This document shows positions 49,683 to 61,705 of a stretch of 64,000 bases of DNA, piece after piece. The notes under the pieces are model-generated. The model ran no database searches and was not told the origin of the DNA. It saw only the letters and a program-made list of their open reading frames with translations. Within the stretch, counting starts at the first letter, position 1. Each line of letters opens with the position of its first letter. The stretch is taken from assembly GCA_019704295.1 (NCBI GenBank), contig AP024596.1, positions 576,001 to 640,000 on the forward strand, read 5' to 3'. The DNA comes from Sulfolobales archaeon HS-7. Its GTDB lineage: Archaea > Thermoproteota > Thermoprotei_A > Sulfolobales > Sulfolobaceae. The position numbers and the translations under genes were made by a program.

Positions 49683-51947
49683 TTATTGAACAAAACTCCA
49701 GAGAGTTACACTTACACTATTCATTGCCATTCCTATTGCCGCATATTGCGGGGGAAGAATTATGCCTAGCGAGTATAACATACCTGCAGCTATGGGTACC
49801 AAAATTGCATTATACGTTAATGCCCATATTATGTTTTCCTTAATCTTCCTTACTGTTTTAGATAATTGTCTCAGAAGAAACTTCAAAGATCCTAAGTTTG
49901 GTATTACCACATCACCTGCGTACTTTGCAATGTCTGTTCCGGTTGAAAGAGCTATACCAACGTCCGCTTCTTTCAGTGATTGGGCATCGTTTATTCCATC
50001 TCCGACAAACGCAACTCCTCCCTCTGATTTAAGCTTTTTAACTAGTTCTACCTTCTCCTCGGGAGATAGACCCTTTCTAAGTTCCACACCAATCTCCTGT
50101 GCAACTCTATCCGCATACAGACTTGAGTCGCCAGTTGCTATAACAATCTTATAACGTTTTTTCAAATCTCCTATTAACTCTCTTGCATCTTCTCTAATTG
50201 GATCGCTTAACCACAGGTCTGCGGAGATCTTCCAGTTAACACAGACTGAAACGTCGCCGCTAGTTTCCCCCTCACAGTTTCTCTTAATTAGTTCGGGCTT
50301 ACCTACGAGAACTTCAAAACCGTCTACTTTTCCATAGACTCCTCCTTCAATTTCCTCAAAATTTTCTACTCTATGTGCTGAAGATGATAATGTGGCTATT
50401 GCCCTCGCTATAGGATGACTACTCATCCTTTCAAGGGATGCCGCAAGTTCAAGTGTACCTGGAACGTATTCCTGAAACTTCCTCACCTCTATTTCTCCTT
50501 TAGTTATAGTCCCAGTCTTATCAAACACAAAGGTTCTAACATTCTTAAGTTTCTCCAGGCTCTCGCCGTTCTTCACTATAATCCCCTTTTTAAGAAGCCT
50601 TCTGATACCAATAATTACTGCCATAGGCGTTGCTAATCCAAAACCACATGGGCACGCCGAGGCCAAAATCGCCACAGCTATTAACACCGAGAATGTCAAA
50701 GTCTGATGCATAATGTAAAACCATACGACGAAGGAAATTAACGATATTAAGATAATTGACGGCACGAATACGAAAGATATCTTGTCTGTCAGATCCTGTA
50801 TGGGCATTCTCACTGTCTCTGCTTCCCTCAAGGCCTCAATTACCTGAGCCATGTAGGTCCTGTCCCCTGCTCTTGTAACATATATCGAAAGAAATCCAGA
50901 AACTAGCGTAGAACCCCCTATAACGGGATCGCCCTTGACCTTCTTTACCGCTGAAGGCTCTCCAGTATAAATTGATTCTACAATGTACCCCTCACCATCA
51001 TCAACGATTCCGTCTGAAGGCACGAGTTCCCCTGACTTAACGATAACTACATCTCCGACCTTTAGCTTCCTTGAGTCTACTATCTCCCCAGTGGATTTTC
51101 TGGCCTTAATAGATTGAAGGGTTATTATATCCCTATTTGACATCTCCTTGATATAAGCCTCTAGCGTTTTCCCTGCAAGGATGAATGTTACTAGAAGGGA
51201 CGCAGAGTCGAAAAAGTACCCTGAATGCAGGATTAGAAAGGATAGTAAGCTGTAAACCCATGCCGTTAGCGAGGAAAGGGAAACTAAGACATCCATATTC
51301 ATTGTCTTATTTCTAATAGCCCTGTACGCCCCTAGGTGAAATCTCATCCCTGAGAAGAATACCACAGGAATGGATAGGAGCAGTTGAAGTATAGGAATTC
51401 CAATTAAGGTAAAGGGAGAGACGAGTGCGCCTACAAGGAGATAAAGTAAGAGTTTCCTTACTTCACTTGACTTAGATAACTTCTCTTCAGCGATATCAAG
51501 TTTATACCCCTTTTTCCTAATTTCCTCTTGAATTCTTTCAGAGGAAGTCGTCATTGGGTTAAACTCCACTATAACGATTCCCGAGCTGGGGTTAATTTTG
51601 GCCGATACTACTCCATCCAATTCCTCAATAAATTGTCTAAGTCTAGTAGATTCCTCTTCACTTACTATAACTTTTCCCGTAAATTTCTGAAGAGCTACAT
51701 CATAACCTGCTTTCCTAATTGCGGAGACTACGTCCTTTAACTTGCCTCCTTCCAATACTACTTTGGCGTTTCCTGATGCTAGATTAACTCTAGTATCCTT
51801 AACACCCTGAATTGCCGAAATAGCCTTAGTTAGAGTAACCTCACATGTAGCACAATGCATACCAAGAATCCTTAATTCTTCCTCCCTCCTTAACCTAAGA
51901 GGATTAGCCAACACGTCATCCGTAGGCTTCTTATCGTGATCACCCAT
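49683..51947 (-). CDS. copA: Cu(I)-exporting P1B-type ATPase
   Basis: GMHCATC, TGE, CPC, DKTGT, HP, GDGIND, YN and MxxxS motifs. Confidence 0.95.
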   Translation of the reverse strand: MGDHDKKPTDDVLANPLRLRREEELRILGMHCATCEVTLTKAISAIQGVKDTRVNLASGNAKVVLEGGKLKDVVSAIRKAGYDVALQKFTGKVIVSEEESTRLRQFIEELDGVVSAKINPSSGIVIVEFNPMTTSSERIQEEIRKKGYKLDIAEEKLSKSSEVRKLLLYLLVGALVSPFTLIGIPILQLLLSIPVVFFSGMRFHLGAYRAIRNKTMNMDVLVSLSSLTAWVYSLLSFLILHSGYFFDSASLLVTFILAGKTLEAYIKEMSNRDIITLQSIKARKSTGEIVDSRKLKVGDVVIVKSGELVPSDGIVDDGEGYIVESIYTGEPSAVKKVKGDPVIGGSTLVSGFLSIYVTRAGDRTYMAQVIEALREAETVRMPIQDLTDKISFVFVPSIILISLISFVVWFYIMHQTLTFSVLIAVAILASACPCGFGLATPMAVIIGIRRLLKKGIIVKNGESLEKLKNVRTFVFDKTGTITKGEIEVRKFQEYVPGTLELAASLERMSSHPIARAIATLSSSAHRVENFEEIEGGVYGKVDGFEVLVGKPELIKRNCEGETSGDVSVCVNWKISADLWLSDPIREDARELIGDLKKRYKIVIATGDSSLYADRVAQEIGVELRKGLSPEEKVELVKKLKSEGGVAFVGDGINDAQSLKEADVGIALSTGTDIAKYAGDVVIPNLGSLKFLLRQLSKTVRKIKENIIWALTYNAILVPIAAGMLYSLGIILPPQYAAIGMAMNSVSVTLWSFVQ

Positions 51948-52018
51948 TTCACATTCCTCTGTAGCCCTTTACGTGTTTATAACAAAGAATTAGTCGTTTG
52001 CTCTCAGATATCATTCAA

Positions 52019-52183
52019 CTAGTTGTCGGGCATGCCCTTTGGACCTTCCTTGATATACACCTCTGGATTCTTCTCAAATTCAACCTTGCAATGAGAACTA
52101 CAGAAGTAATATATTTTGCCCTTATACATAGTCTTGTAGTTAGACGTTTCCCCTACTTCCATTCCACATACGGGATCCTTCAT
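52019..52183 (-). CDS. copT: Copper metallochaperone (YHS/TRASH; CopT/CopM)
   Basis: MKDPVCGM...YYFCSSHC...F.KNPE.Y; immediately upstream of copA; ATG at 52183. Confidence 0.88.
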   Translation of the reverse strand: MKDPVCGMEVGETSNYKTMYKGKIYYFCSSHCKVEFEKNPEVYIKEGPKGMPDN

Positions 52184-52299
52184 AAGTGATCGTGTTAAAA
52201 TCTGATTCAAAGCTTAAATTCCCATCGTGTACACTATCTATTGTTTTCGAAATGCGTGGGTCAAAGTGACATATAGAAGGAGAACCAGGGTGAACAGAG

Positions 52300-52806
52300 T
52301 TGACAAACGTAAATGAACTAAGTGATTTAGAATACAAAGTGATAACTTATTTAAAATCTGATTCCAGAATTAGTTCGAGTAAGCTGGCTAAGGAATTGGG
52401 AGTTAGTAGAGCTACTGTGGCCAAAGTTATCCATTCCCTAAGGAATAAGGGAGTTAAATTCACTGTAGATTTTTACGAAGATGGAAAGCTTACAGTTTTC
52501 GCCATCGCAAACAGCTGTATCAATGAGGGGGAGTGCTATAGGCTTATTGATGGCAGATTTTTGGTAATTACGTCAGGTAACATGAACGAGATCGAAGGAC
52601 TTCTCTCGAAACTAAAAAGTGAGCATTACTTCATAGCTGTCGATAAAACCGGTTCCCCTAGTGTCAAACAGAAGGGGCTAAAGTGTGACTACTGTGGTGG
52701 AGATATAAAAGGAGAGCCCCTCCTAATAAAAAGGGGAAAGAAGAGGTATTATGCATGTTGTAGGACCTGTCAGACTCATCTCGTTAAAAAATTGAACAAG
52801 AGGTAA
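52300..52806 (+). CDS. copR: Copper-responsive regulator (HTH plus C-terminal TRASH)
   Basis: N-terminal HTH; CDYCG...YYACCRTC TRASH domain. Confidence 0.88.
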   Translation: MTNVNELSDLEYKVITYLKSDSRISSSKLAKELGVSRATVAKVIHSLRNKGVKFTVDFYEDGKLTVFAIANSCINEGECYRLIDGRFLVITSGNMNEIEGLLSKLKSEHYFIAVDKTGSPSVKQKGLKCDYCGGDIKGEPLLIKRGKKRYYACCRTCQTHLVKKLNKR

Positions 52807-52838
52807 AACTCCCGTTAAGATAAACGTTTTCTAAATAC

Positions 52839-53975
52839 TTATTGCGCTACTCCCCCTGTATTTCCAACTCCTACTAAAACTACAGTATCGCCTTCATTAG
52901 TTCTCTCCTTTATGATTTCCCTTACTAGATCTAATGCTTTCTCTGCAGCATTGTACACTTCTTTCCTCATAGCAGTTATTGCCTCATCTAAGCCCATCTT
53001 GATAACTACAGCATCGATTGGTATAGTGTATTTCGCAGCAACTCTCTCTATCTCTATTTTCTCAGGACCGGGATCTCCCATTGCTACTCCAGTTCCCTCA
53101 GCAACTGTTCCAGTTTCCTCCCCTTCTAGTCTTAGCATAGCGTCAACAGTAACTATTCTTTTAACCTTGCCCTCTTGTTCCTCTATAACTTTCGCTACTG
53201 CCTCTCCTGGCGTACCTACAGTTGCCTTAGGTCCTTCGGCCTTAACTACTATTAATTTCCTTCCCTCAAACATTACGTCCCCCGCTATTGTATCCTTGCT
53301 TACAGTCCTCTTATTATCAGCGTTCATAAGTAGGCGTGATGCAACAAGAGGTCCTATCGCATCTCCAACTGGGATCCCTTTTTCAAAAACCTTCTGAGCC
53401 TTTAAGTAAGCCTCGGCTTGCTTAACAAGTATAGGAACTATCATTTGCAGTTGATATAATAACAGATAGTTATTTAGCTTCTTTGCGGTTAGCATGTAAT
53501 GCCTTACTACTTTATAAAACATATTAAGAGCGTTAGTTACTTCTGCTGACATCTCTATTTTACTTCTGGTTATAGTATCGACATTCGGAATTGACCTCTG
53601 AATCAAGTCGACAATCTTGTCCTCAGTCGTTCTATAAAGAAGTCTCATTCTATTTATTATATCAGTAGGCTCTACCCCAACTGGTTCGATTGTAAATAGT
53701 TCCGCTAACCTCTCTGTAAGGGGTTTTGGATCGCTTACGCCTTTCTCCTTAAGGAGCTTTTCCGTGTTTTCCCTTGCATCCTTTGCGTATTTCTCAAGTA
53801 CTACTAGTCTACTTTCAACATCTCTTAACAAAAACCACATCTGAGCCCTTTGATTAAGACCGGGAAGAAAGGCAAATGCAAAGGAAGCAATAAATAATAT
53901 ATATATAATGTATGTGAGGTACAAATCTGCCCCTGATGGCGCCGCACTTGTTTGGGCTAATGCAATAATAAACAT
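52839..53975 (-). CDS. DUF1512 family membrane-anchored protein
   Basis: [28 protein letters not shown]. Confidence 0.82.
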   Translation of the reverse strand: MFIIALAQTSAAPSGADLYLTYIIYILFIASFAFAFLPGLNQRAQMWFLLRDVESRLVVLEKYAKDARENTEKLLKEKGVSDPKPLTERLAELFTIEPVGVEPTDIINRMRLLYRTTEDKIVDLIQRSIPNVDTITRSKIEMSAEVTNALNMFYKVVRHYMLTAKKLNNYLLLYQLQMIVPILVKQAEAYLKAQKVFEKGIPVGDAIGPLVASRLLMNADNKRTVSKDTIAGDVMFEGRKLIVVKAEGPKATVGTPGEAVAKVIEEQEGKVKRIVTVDAMLRLEGEETGTVAEGTGVAMGDPGPEKIEIERVAAKYTIPIDAVVIKMGLDEAITAMRKEVYNAAEKALDLVREIIKERTNEGDTVVLVGVGNTGGVAQ

Positions 53976-54321
53976 TAATCCTTACCTACCATAATTCCGC
54001 GCGGGGAAAATTAAGCTTTTTCATAAATTATAGAAACCGTATTTTACCGGATTTTTTACGTGATATAGATTAAGGCAGTGAAAGTCCCCTTTCGCGGCAG
54101 TAGATCAAAACTCATCACTTCATAAGTAATTCGATTTAAGTTTTTGGTACTGTATTTATTTCACAATAGGAAATTATTTTTGCTATTAACATAATATTCA
54201 TTTAAAAAAATAAACTAATTTTGGTCTGTCAGTAAGGTCAAGTAGTTCTCGAACTAAAACGTAAATGTCGATTTAGTTGTTAGCACTTAAGCGTTAAATA
54301 TAGGCTTTTCTCATATAAGCC

Positions 54322-54864
54322 ATGCTAATAGCCATTAGCGGTCCTCCTGGTAGTGGAAAGACATCCGTTGCGCGTAAAGTCGCAGAGTTAAGTGGAATGG
54401 AACTAGTATCTGGGGGCATGATATTTAGGGAAATGGCTAAGGAAAAGGGAATATCCGTTATCGAATTAAACCAGATTGCTGAAAAGGATAAGAATATAGA
54501 TTATTACGTTGATAATACATTAGTTAAGATGGCTAAATTAAAAGATAATGCGGTATTTGAATCGCACTTAGCTGGATGGTTATTACGAGGAGTAGCGTCA
54601 TACGCAGTCTATTTAAATGCTCCTATTGATGTACGGTCCAAACGGGTGGCTGATAGGGATAACATCTCCCCCATACAGGCACTTAGGGAGATAGCAAAAA
54701 GAGAGTTAAGTCACTACGTGAGGTTTTGGGAACTTTATGGGATAGATATTACCGATTTAAGTGGCTTTGATCTTATAATCAGTACAGAAAAACTCAATAT
54801 CCTAAAAGTGGCGGAAATCATATTATCCGCTATTAAAAGTCTAAATACTGGAGAGCAATTCTGA
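54322..54864 (+). CDS. cmk: Archaeal cytidylate kinase
   Basis: SGPPGSGKT, SGGMIFREMA, ESHLAGW, YGIDI. Confidence 0.9.
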   Translation: MLIAISGPPGSGKTSVARKVAELSGMELVSGGMIFREMAKEKGISVIELNQIAEKDKNIDYYVDNTLVKMAKLKDNAVFESHLAGWLLRGVASYAVYLNAPIDVRSKRVADRDNISPIQALREIAKRELSHYVRFWELYGIDITDLSGFDLIISTEKLNILKVAEIILSAIKSLNTGEQF

Positions 54865-54923
54865 ATGCTGATGAACTGGCTTACAGATGGTTCTCATTAT
54901 TTTATAGCTTCGTCTTACTAGCT

Positions 54924-55233
54924 ATGAACTCACCCCCTTTTGTAAAAGGGGCTTCCTGCTTCACAGCTGCACCTTGCCAGTACTAAAGAACTGAGCTCCT
55001 CAGACTCTGAGGACCGCACCTCGAAGTTAACGTTAGTGTTTAACATGGCACCGCTGATTGGAGGAGAGGTGTGTCACATCGACCCTTTCTCAGGAGGTTA
55101 AGTGACGCTTACTCTGTCGATGATTGTCGTTGATATATTAGGCTGCGAACCGATACTCCAAACTAAATCAAAGAGGGCTATCCATCCTCGCGGATGAGGG
55201 TCTTCCACCCCTCTAATCCCCGATGAAGATAAA
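54924..55233 (-). mobile_element. IS200/IS605-type MITE (310 bp, well preserved)
   Basis: atgaactcaccccc..ggggcttcctgcttc..accttgccagtac right end close to that of the tnpB remnant at 12329; left-end hairpin gagggctatccatcc..cccctc. Confidence 0.85.
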
Positions 55234-55274
55234 TTTCAATCCCCAAAATATTATATCTTCTACCTTACTGTAAT

Positions 55275-56777
55275 ATGTGGATACAGTTGGTTAAATGGGA
55301 TCCAGTAAGAATAAAAGTGTTAGACGAACTAAGAAATAATAATATTAATCCATATCCACATAAATTTTATTTTTCGCATACAATAGAACAAATAAGAAAA
55401 ATGTATGGTAATAAGAAGAAGGAAGAAAGTGAATATATTACAGAGAACATTTCTACAGTAGGTAGAATCGCAAACATACGGAGACAAGGGAAGGCAAGCT
55501 TCGTCGATATCTTTGACGAGGGAGAGAAACTACAACTGTATCTCAGAGTAAACGAACTTGGTGAAAAATACGAACTCTTCTTTAAGTATTTTAGTCGAGG
55601 AGACATAATTGGGGTAGAGGGAAAACTATTCTTCACGCAAAGAGGGGAACTCACTCTTCTTGTACAGCAGTACACCATGCTTGCTAAATCGTTAATTGAA
55701 CCTCCTGATTGGTCTAAATTGTCTCCTGAATTCAGATATGCTCACAGATACGTAGATTTCCTCTATAACTCGAATTCGAGAAAGAACATGCTAATTAGAT
55801 TTAGTGTCATTAAGGCGATAAGGGACTTACTGGCAGAAAAGGGTTTTATGGAAGTTGAAACGCCAATTCTCCAACCGGTTTATGGCGGGGCTTTAGCAAA
55901 ACCTTTCACAACGAAAGTTAATTTCTTCGACGAAACATGGTATCTCCGCATATCATTAGAACTATATTTGAAAAGATACATTATTGGTGGTTTTAATAAG
56001 GTATTTGAGATAGGTAAGGTATTTCGTAATGAAGATATAGATGTAACTCACAGCCCTGAGTTCACTATGTTAGAACTGTACTGGGCATACGCGGATTATA
56101 ACGATATCATGAGTCTCACTGAGGAGATGTTGCATGCGATATTCCAAAAGCATGTAAAATCTGAAAGTGTGAAATACACCGTAGGAGACAAGCAATACGA
56201 AATAAATTTGTCTGTACCGTTTAGAAGGCTTCCTATGGATAGTGCAGTAAGCGACGTTCTCGGTTACGATGTAAATACAGCACGTGAGGATAAGTTGATA
56301 GCGGAACTCCAAAAATACTCCTTAGTGCCTAGAGGAGGCGTTTATAGCAGAGGGCTTATAATTGAGAAACTATTTGACAAACTCGTAGTTCCTACCTTAA
56401 TCCAGCCGACGTTTATTATAGATCATCCACTTGAGACAACTCCCCTTTGTAAACCACATAGAACTAAAGAGGGTAAAATTGAGAGGTTCGAACTTTTCAT
56501 CGGAAGTATGGAAATAGCTAACGCATATACGGAACTTAATGATCCAATATTGCAGGACAAACTATTCAAAGAGGAAGTGGAAAGATATAAAAAAGGTGAC
56601 AAAGAGGCTCACCCGTATGATGTAGACTTCATAAGAGCTTTAGGATATGGAATGCCTCCTACTGGTGGTTTAGGTGTTGGCGTTGACAGGATAGTTATGC
56701 TGATAAGTAATAATACTAGTATAAAAGAAGTGATTCCCTTTCCTATGCTAAGTGCAAAAATAATTGAGGAGGACTAG
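55275..56777 (+). CDS. lysS: Lysine--tRNA ligase, class II
   Basis: OB fold, [43 protein letters not shown]. Confidence 0.96.
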   Translation: MWIQLVKWDPVRIKVLDELRNNNINPYPHKFYFSHTIEQIRKMYGNKKKEESEYITENISTVGRIANIRRQGKASFVDIFDEGEKLQLYLRVNELGEKYELFFKYFSRGDIIGVEGKLFFTQRGELTLLVQQYTMLAKSLIEPPDWSKLSPEFRYAHRYVDFLYNSNSRKNMLIRFSVIKAIRDLLAEKGFMEVETPILQPVYGGALAKPFTTKVNFFDETWYLRISLELYLKRYIIGGFNKVFEIGKVFRNEDIDVTHSPEFTMLELYWAYADYNDIMSLTEEMLHAIFQKHVKSESVKYTVGDKQYEINLSVPFRRLPMDSAVSDVLGYDVNTAREDKLIAELQKYSLVPRGGVYSRGLIIEKLFDKLVVPTLIQPTFIIDHPLETTPLCKPHRTKEGKIERFELFIGSMEIANAYTELNDPILQDKLFKEEVERYKKGDKEAHPYDVDFIRALGYGMPPTGGLGVGVDRIVMLISNNTSIKEVIPFPMLSAKIIEED

Positions 56778-57036
56778 CTTTTACTATATCTGTATTTAAT
56801 TTATAACTAGAATCACTAATGTAAAGAAAAAGGAAAACAATTAGGGAGATTTAAGCGAGTCAATTTAACCTATGGTAGGGCTTCCCTTAATTTTACATAA
56901 CTACCACATAACAATTATTAAAATGACTATAATGTAATTGAAAAACTTTAATAAGAGAGATGAGGAGAGTTCACTGATTAGCCTCATGTGTTTTCTTAAA
57001 TAACGAAAACTTCATAATTTGTTCCGTTAGTTGTAA

Positions 57037-57996
57037 TTGATGTTTACAGAACTAGTGGGTAGTTATCCTCGCCCCTACGTGCTCAATGAGTATATCAAGA
57101 AGTTTCGCAGTGAAAAGGTAGAAAAGGAAAAGTTCGACTCTAGAATGGGAAAGTTTAAGGGCGAACTCCTGAATAGTTTAATTAATAACAATTTCTCGTT
57201 TTTCACTGACGGCATGTTAGAGTATGATGATATTGTAGATGTCGTATTTCATATGATTAGTGGGATAAAGAGAGGAGAGTTAACTCGATTTTACGACAAT
57301 AACTTCTACTATAGGACTCCCACGGTTAAGGAGAAAATAACCTGCAGTCCTGAACAATACCTTAACAGATTTAAGGCTACTATTGATCTAGCTAATAAGT
57401 TAGGTATTAATTCAGATAAAATAAAGGCTTACACTTTAGGACCATTGACCTTCTCCCAGATGGCAGAGGATAACTTCTACAATGATAGAGTAGAACTAGC
57501 GTTTGAGTACTCAAAGTCGCTGAAGGAATGTTTAACAAAATTAGAAAAGTATACAAAGATTGTGGAAATACACGAACCAGGATTTTACTCCAGAACGTTG
57601 CAGAAGAAAGTTATAGAGAGAAGTGTTGAAATATACGATGTATTAAAGACTACAATGGAAAGAAGGGTATATCCACATTTTAATATATCCCTAGATAGAT
57701 TGGAATTGCTTTTCAGATTGGATGCTGATGTAGTAGGTGTTGATATAGTAGGTAATATAAGAATGGCCGGAAACATATATAATAAACTTACGGGGAAAAA
57801 AATATCATTGGGGGTTGTAGACGCTCGTACAACAAAAATGGAAACTAAAAGTAAGATTAGGCGGATTATTGAAAAGGCGCTAGATAGGAAACCAGAAAAG
57901 ATCTTATTAAGCAATAACACATTTCTCGACTTCATACCAGAAATTGTAGCGAAAAGAAAATTAGTATTACTTTCGCAGGTGGCAATGAATGAATGA
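57037..57996 (+). CDS. Split cobalamin-independent methionine synthase, N-terminal-like subunit
   Basis: [24 protein letters not shown]; no Zn ligands; overlaps the catalytic subunit gene. Confidence 0.85.
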   Translation: MMFTELVGSYPRPYVLNEYIKKFRSEKVEKEKFDSRMGKFKGELLNSLINNNFSFFTDGMLEYDDIVDVVFHMISGIKRGELTRFYDNNFYYRTPTVKEKITCSPEQYLNRFKATIDLANKLGINSDKIKAYTLGPLTFSQMAEDNFYNDRVELAFEYSKSLKECLTKLEKYTKIVEIHEPGFYSRTLQKKVIERSVEIYDVLKTTMERRVYPHFNISLDRLELLFRLDADVVGVDIVGNIRMAGNIYNKLTGKKISLGVVDARTTKMETKSKIRRIIEKALDRKPEKILLSNNTFLDFIPEIVAKRKLVLLSQVAMNE

Positions 57997-58963
57997 ATTA
58001 CCCATTCTTCCAACTACAGTAATAGGTAGTTATCCTAGACCTAAATGGTTAAGGGAGATGATAAGGCTAAACCTTGCGGGTAGAGTTACGGACGACGAGT
58101 TAGCAGAGGCCTTTAACGATTCAGTAATATCGGTGTTTCGCGATCATCAGTTAGCAGGAGTAGACGTGCCTTCTGATGGAGAAATGAGGAGAGATGAAAT
58201 GACAGAGTTCTTTGCTAAAAAACTTAAGGGTTTCAAATTTTATGGACCGGTTAGAGTTTGGGGGACCAATTATTATAATAAGCCTTCGGTAGTTGGTAAA
58301 ATACAATATGAACAGCCAATGCTAGTGAACGAATTTGAGTTTGCTAAGGGCGCTTCCTATACCCCTAATTTAAAAATTACCATTACGGGTCCATATACAA
58401 TTGCCGACTGGTCGTATAATGAGTACTATAGGACAAAATACGATATGGCAAAGGACTTGGCTAAGACTATCAATCTGGAAATAAAAAAACTAATTGAGGT
58501 CGGGGCCAAAATAATACAAGTAGATGAACCTGCTTTGCATTCCCATAGTGAAGAAGTAGAGTGGGCTATAGATATTACGAACGAGGCTATCGCCGGAACG
58601 AATGTGAAGACAATAATTCATATCTGCTACGGAGACTATTCACTTTTAACACCGTATATTGAAAACCTAAAGTATAATCAGATAAACTTAGCGTTAAAGA
58701 ATTACAATTACAAACCATTGAAATTATTCAAGAAATGGCATGGAGAACTCGGGATTGGTGTGATTGACGTTCATCAAAGGAGAGTGGAGTCGGCAGAAGA
58801 GGTGGCAGAGGATATAGAACACGTTCTAACTCAGTACCCAGCTAAGAAAATATGGATCAATCCTGATTGTGGCTTAAAGTTACTACCGAGAAGTATCGCA
58901 TTCCAAAAGTTAAAATCCATGGTAGATGGAACAAAAATAGTTAGAGAAAAGCTAAAATCGTAG
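57989..58963 (+). CDS. metE: Split cobalamin-independent methionine synthase, catalytic subunit
   Basis: [37 protein letters not shown]. Confidence 0.92.
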   Translation: MNELPILPTTVIGSYPRPKWLREMIRLNLAGRVTDDELAEAFNDSVISVFRDHQLAGVDVPSDGEMRRDEMTEFFAKKLKGFKFYGPVRVWGTNYYNKPSVVGKIQYEQPMLVNEFEFAKGASYTPNLKITITGPYTIADWSYNEYYRTKYDMAKDLAKTINLEIKKLIEVGAKIIQVDEPALHSHSEEVEWAIDITNEAIAGTNVKTIIHICYGDYSLLTPYIENLKYNQINLALKNYNYKPLKLFKKWHGELGIGVIDVHQRRVESAEEVAEDIEHVLTQYPAKKIWINPDCGLKLLPRSIAFQKLKSMVDGTKIVREKLKS

Positions 58964-58981
58964 TAACGTATACATAATTTA

Positions 58982-59188
58982 ATGAGCGTAAGCGAGAAAG
59001 ATATAGAAATTGCCATAAGGTATTTTAGAGGTGTACTTTCTGTTGGAGAAATATTAGCCATTTACGAACTTAGGGCTGCGGGTATAAAGGAACCGGAAAA
59101 AGTGTTAGGCGAACTAATTAGGAAGGGGATTATTGAGAGAGGCGAGGGGTGTTATAATCTAATTAGAAAAAAGTCTTTTGAACAGTAA
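58982..59188 (+). CDS. pbp2: PolB1-binding protein PBP2
   Basis: IEIAIRYF...SVGEI...[12 protein letters not shown] matches the Sulfolobales PBP2 winged helix. Confidence 0.85.
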   Translation: MSVSEKDIEIAIRYFRGVLSVGEILAIYELRAAGIKEPEKVLGELIRKGIIERGEGCYNLIRKKSFEQ

Positions 59189-60079
59189 GGAATGGAGATC
59201 GAACTCATTATTAATATGAAATGTCCTATCTTTGAGTAATTTGATGCTCTTTAACGATATATCCCATGTCTTTTCCAGTATGGAAGTCATAAGATATTGT
59301 CTTGATACTTCCTTTGAAAGCAACTTAAGTTCTGAACTGTAGTCCTTATCGTAAACTAGCCAATTTTGTACAGGCTCTAGAAGTCTTGCTATACTAAATA
59401 TGCCTCCACCAGTGAAAGTTTTTATTAGGCCAGTTGAATCCCCAATATAGCCTAAGGTTACCTTTTTAGGTTTAACGCGAGGAATTATCCCTCCGTGAAT
59501 CCCTATCCGCCTTTTATCAATATGAGGAACGAAAAGTCTTGGATCTGAATAAGATATTGCACCTACTAAAGTACGGTCTCCAAGAGGAACTATCCAAGAG
59601 AAACCTGCAGGATTTCGCTTATCTAGAAATACTGATATGAAGTCTTCGTTTATTGGTTCTTTTTCCTCCTCTATCGCTTTAACCCACCTAGCCCTTCCTT
59701 GCCAGCCGGTAGCTAATATCACTTTTCCACAGAAGCTCTCTACATTGGTTCCTACACAATGTTCATTAATCAGATTAACTGAGGTTGGATGAAGTACTTT
59801 CAAGTTTTCTGCTAGGTCCCTTTCTAATTTTTCTCTATTCAATCTTATAATATTCGTCTTAATGAAAACAGAATCCTTACCCACACTTATCTTAATTGTA
59901 TCAAAAGGTGCGTCAATATATTCCTTACTTACCCCTAACCTCTCAAACGTATGGCGACTTATAATTCCCGTACATTTTTTCCCGAATACTCTTCTCCTAT
60001 CAAACAGAATCACATCAGAAAATAACCTACTGCCTAACAATAACCCAGCGATTCCCGCTCCCACTATTATAAACTTCAA
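59159..60079 (-). CDS. FAD-dependent oxidoreductase (geranylgeranyl reductase-like)
   Basis: [32 protein letters not shown]. Confidence 0.82.
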   Translation of the reverse strand: MKFIIVGAGIAGLLLGSRLFSDVILFDRRRVFGKKCTGIISRHTFERLGVSKEYIDAPFDTIKISVGKDSVFIKTNIIRLNREKLERDLAENLKVLHPTSVNLINEHCVGTNVESFCGKVILATGWQGRARWVKAIEEEKEPINEDFISVFLDKRNPAGFSWIVPLGDRTLVGAISYSDPRLFVPHIDKRRIGIHGGIIPRVKPKKVTLGYIGDSTGLIKTFTGGGIFSIARLLEPVQNWLVYDKDYSSELKLLSKEVSRQYLMTSILEKTWDISLKSIKLLKDRTFHINNEFDLHSLLFKRLFSN

Positions 60080-60483
60080 AATTCAGAGGACCTGTCTGCT
60101 TCGTTTATTGTGTACTTTTCTGCTCCCAATGCGTTAACTATGTACTCAAATGCGCTCCTAGGCTCGGTATGTGCCCCGCACGAATAAACGTCAACAGTCG
60201 CGAAGTTGTATTCAGGCCAGGTATGAACAGCGATGTGACTCTCTAGGATAATTGCTATAATACTAACGCCATCACCTATTTTCCATTTCTTTATATCTAA
60301 GATTCTCATTTTCCCTTTTTCCGCAGCCCCTCTAACTATGTCTTCAAGCGTTTCTAAGGATCGCAGCTTTTGGGGTTCACATCCGTACAGATTTCCATAG
60401 ACCTCTCTTCCAACAACGGTAGGGCTTCCCAAGTTTTTTGTAAATTCTTCAGCTTCATAACTCCCCCCTATCATCGAGACCAT
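60076..60483 (-). CDS. speD: S-adenosylmethionine decarboxylase proenzyme (start uncertain)
   Basis: [13 protein letters not shown] pyruvoyl cleavage site, DVYSCG, C-terminal EADRSSEF. Confidence 0.85.
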   Translation of the reverse strand: MVSMIGGSYEAEEFTKNLGSPTVVGREVYGNLYGCEPQKLRSLETLEDIVRGAAEKGKMRILDIKKWKIGDGVSIIAIILESHIAVHTWPEYNFATVDVYSCGAHTEPRSAFEYIVNALGAEKYTINEADRSSEF

Positions 60484-60581
60484 ATATTCGCTATCACATA
60501 CACTATAAAAAAATTTTGGTTTCTTATCAGTTTGTGGATTACCTGATATCACTCAAAAATTATACCTTTAGACACTGGAGA

Positions 60582-60710
60582 TGTCGTTGTTGAAAGTTTC
60601 GGATGAACCATAGAGTTTATATACTTTACATATAAATATATTATATAATTCCTATCACGGGATGTTAAAGAATTTTCTCTAAAGGTGACACGGTACTACG
60701 CAAATGTGTA
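60582..60710 (+). mobile_element. Truncated IS607-derived element (left part only)
   Basis: gtcgttg..agtttc..agtttatatacttta.atataaa..ttttctc.aaaggt aligns with 1882-2005 and 6221-6335. Confidence 0.62.
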
Positions 60711-60959
60711 GTCTTGTTTCGCCAAAAAATCTCACGCTTATAAGATATTATTAGGGTAACTTATACATAGAAATATATGATTAAGTAAACTTAAGAGATA
60801 TAACAATGTGATATGTTTAGTCGAAATCTGCTACATTTTACAAGTTGATGATAATAAACACAAGAAGTTCTGAATTTACCTCACGAGGTTAAAGCAAGGT
60901 ACATAGTCGACCTTGTAGCCTGAAAACGCCTAGAGGAGGTTGACGAACTGGTCAAACGC

Positions 60960-61690
60960 TAGGGGCTTTTCTCCTAGTGGCTTAAAGTTAAACGAGAGGA
61001 AGAGGTAAAAGTTCCACGCAGTGTCTAGGAGCGCGTAGATCAGGTAGAGGTGTTTGCATAACCTCCTGATGAGTTCTATCCTTGCTTTCCTCGTCTTGAA
61101 CCCTTCCTCTACGCCTCGACCTGTAGGTCTTGGCTAACTCGTAGGGATCTTCCTTGATGTTGGTCACGAAAACGAAGTGCGTTAGTTTCCCCTTATGTTT
61201 CACGTAAATCACGTCGTAATAGTCCCTCGTACTCTAGCCTTCTATAAGCAACGTAAGTTCTATCCTTAACCGTGTGGTATTTCACGGTAAGGGGCTGAGT
61301 AAAGAGTTGATTAACTCCTTTCAGGTAGCTCTTCCCTCTGATCACGGTTTTAGCGGGTAACTCCTTGAGGATCTCGAGATTGAGGAATCCAGCGTCGGCT
61401 ATGACCTAACTCAAGTTGATATACTGTACAGGCTTGTTGACGAAATCTTGAAGAAACTCGGAGGGCTTTTGATCCCCTAGAACTGCGAATTGGGTAACCA
61501 CGTTACACCTGACGGGAGACAAGAGATCTGCAGATCTAACCTTTTCCGAGAAGAGTTTGTCCTCTACCCCCTTCTCAGCTTCCTTCTCTCCCACCGTCAA
61601 GAAGGTCCTGTCGAATCCCAGCACGGTCTCAGAGAAGATCGAGCCCAGTTCCCAGAACTCAAAGGTTTTACCCAAGAGGCGCTACACGCT
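60960..61690 (-). pseudogene. DDE transposase remnant (IS4/ISH3-like superfamily), 3' part
   Basis: LGFDRTF, VIADAGFLNLE, FVFVTN...Y..R..EEGFK fragments across frameshifts and stops. Confidence 0.75.
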
Positions 61691-61705
61691 TCGCCTCTAA
61701 CATAG

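Noticed and set aside
5958-55233. Strict single orientation of IS605-type MITEs as a replication-strand marker
   Set aside because: Seven are on the minus strand but two (6598, 32670) are on the plus strand; too few to claim from this window.
56955-56990. Box C/D-like or riboswitch-like hairpin upstream of methionine synthase (atgagg...ctga...cctcat)
   Set aside because: Only one partial box pair and a 6-bp stem; insufficient support.
52912-58013. Long antisense ORFs (52912-53397, 55367-55678, 57585-58013) and similar ones elsewhere
   Set aside because: Shadow frames of well-supported genes on the opposite strand with no recognisable motifs.
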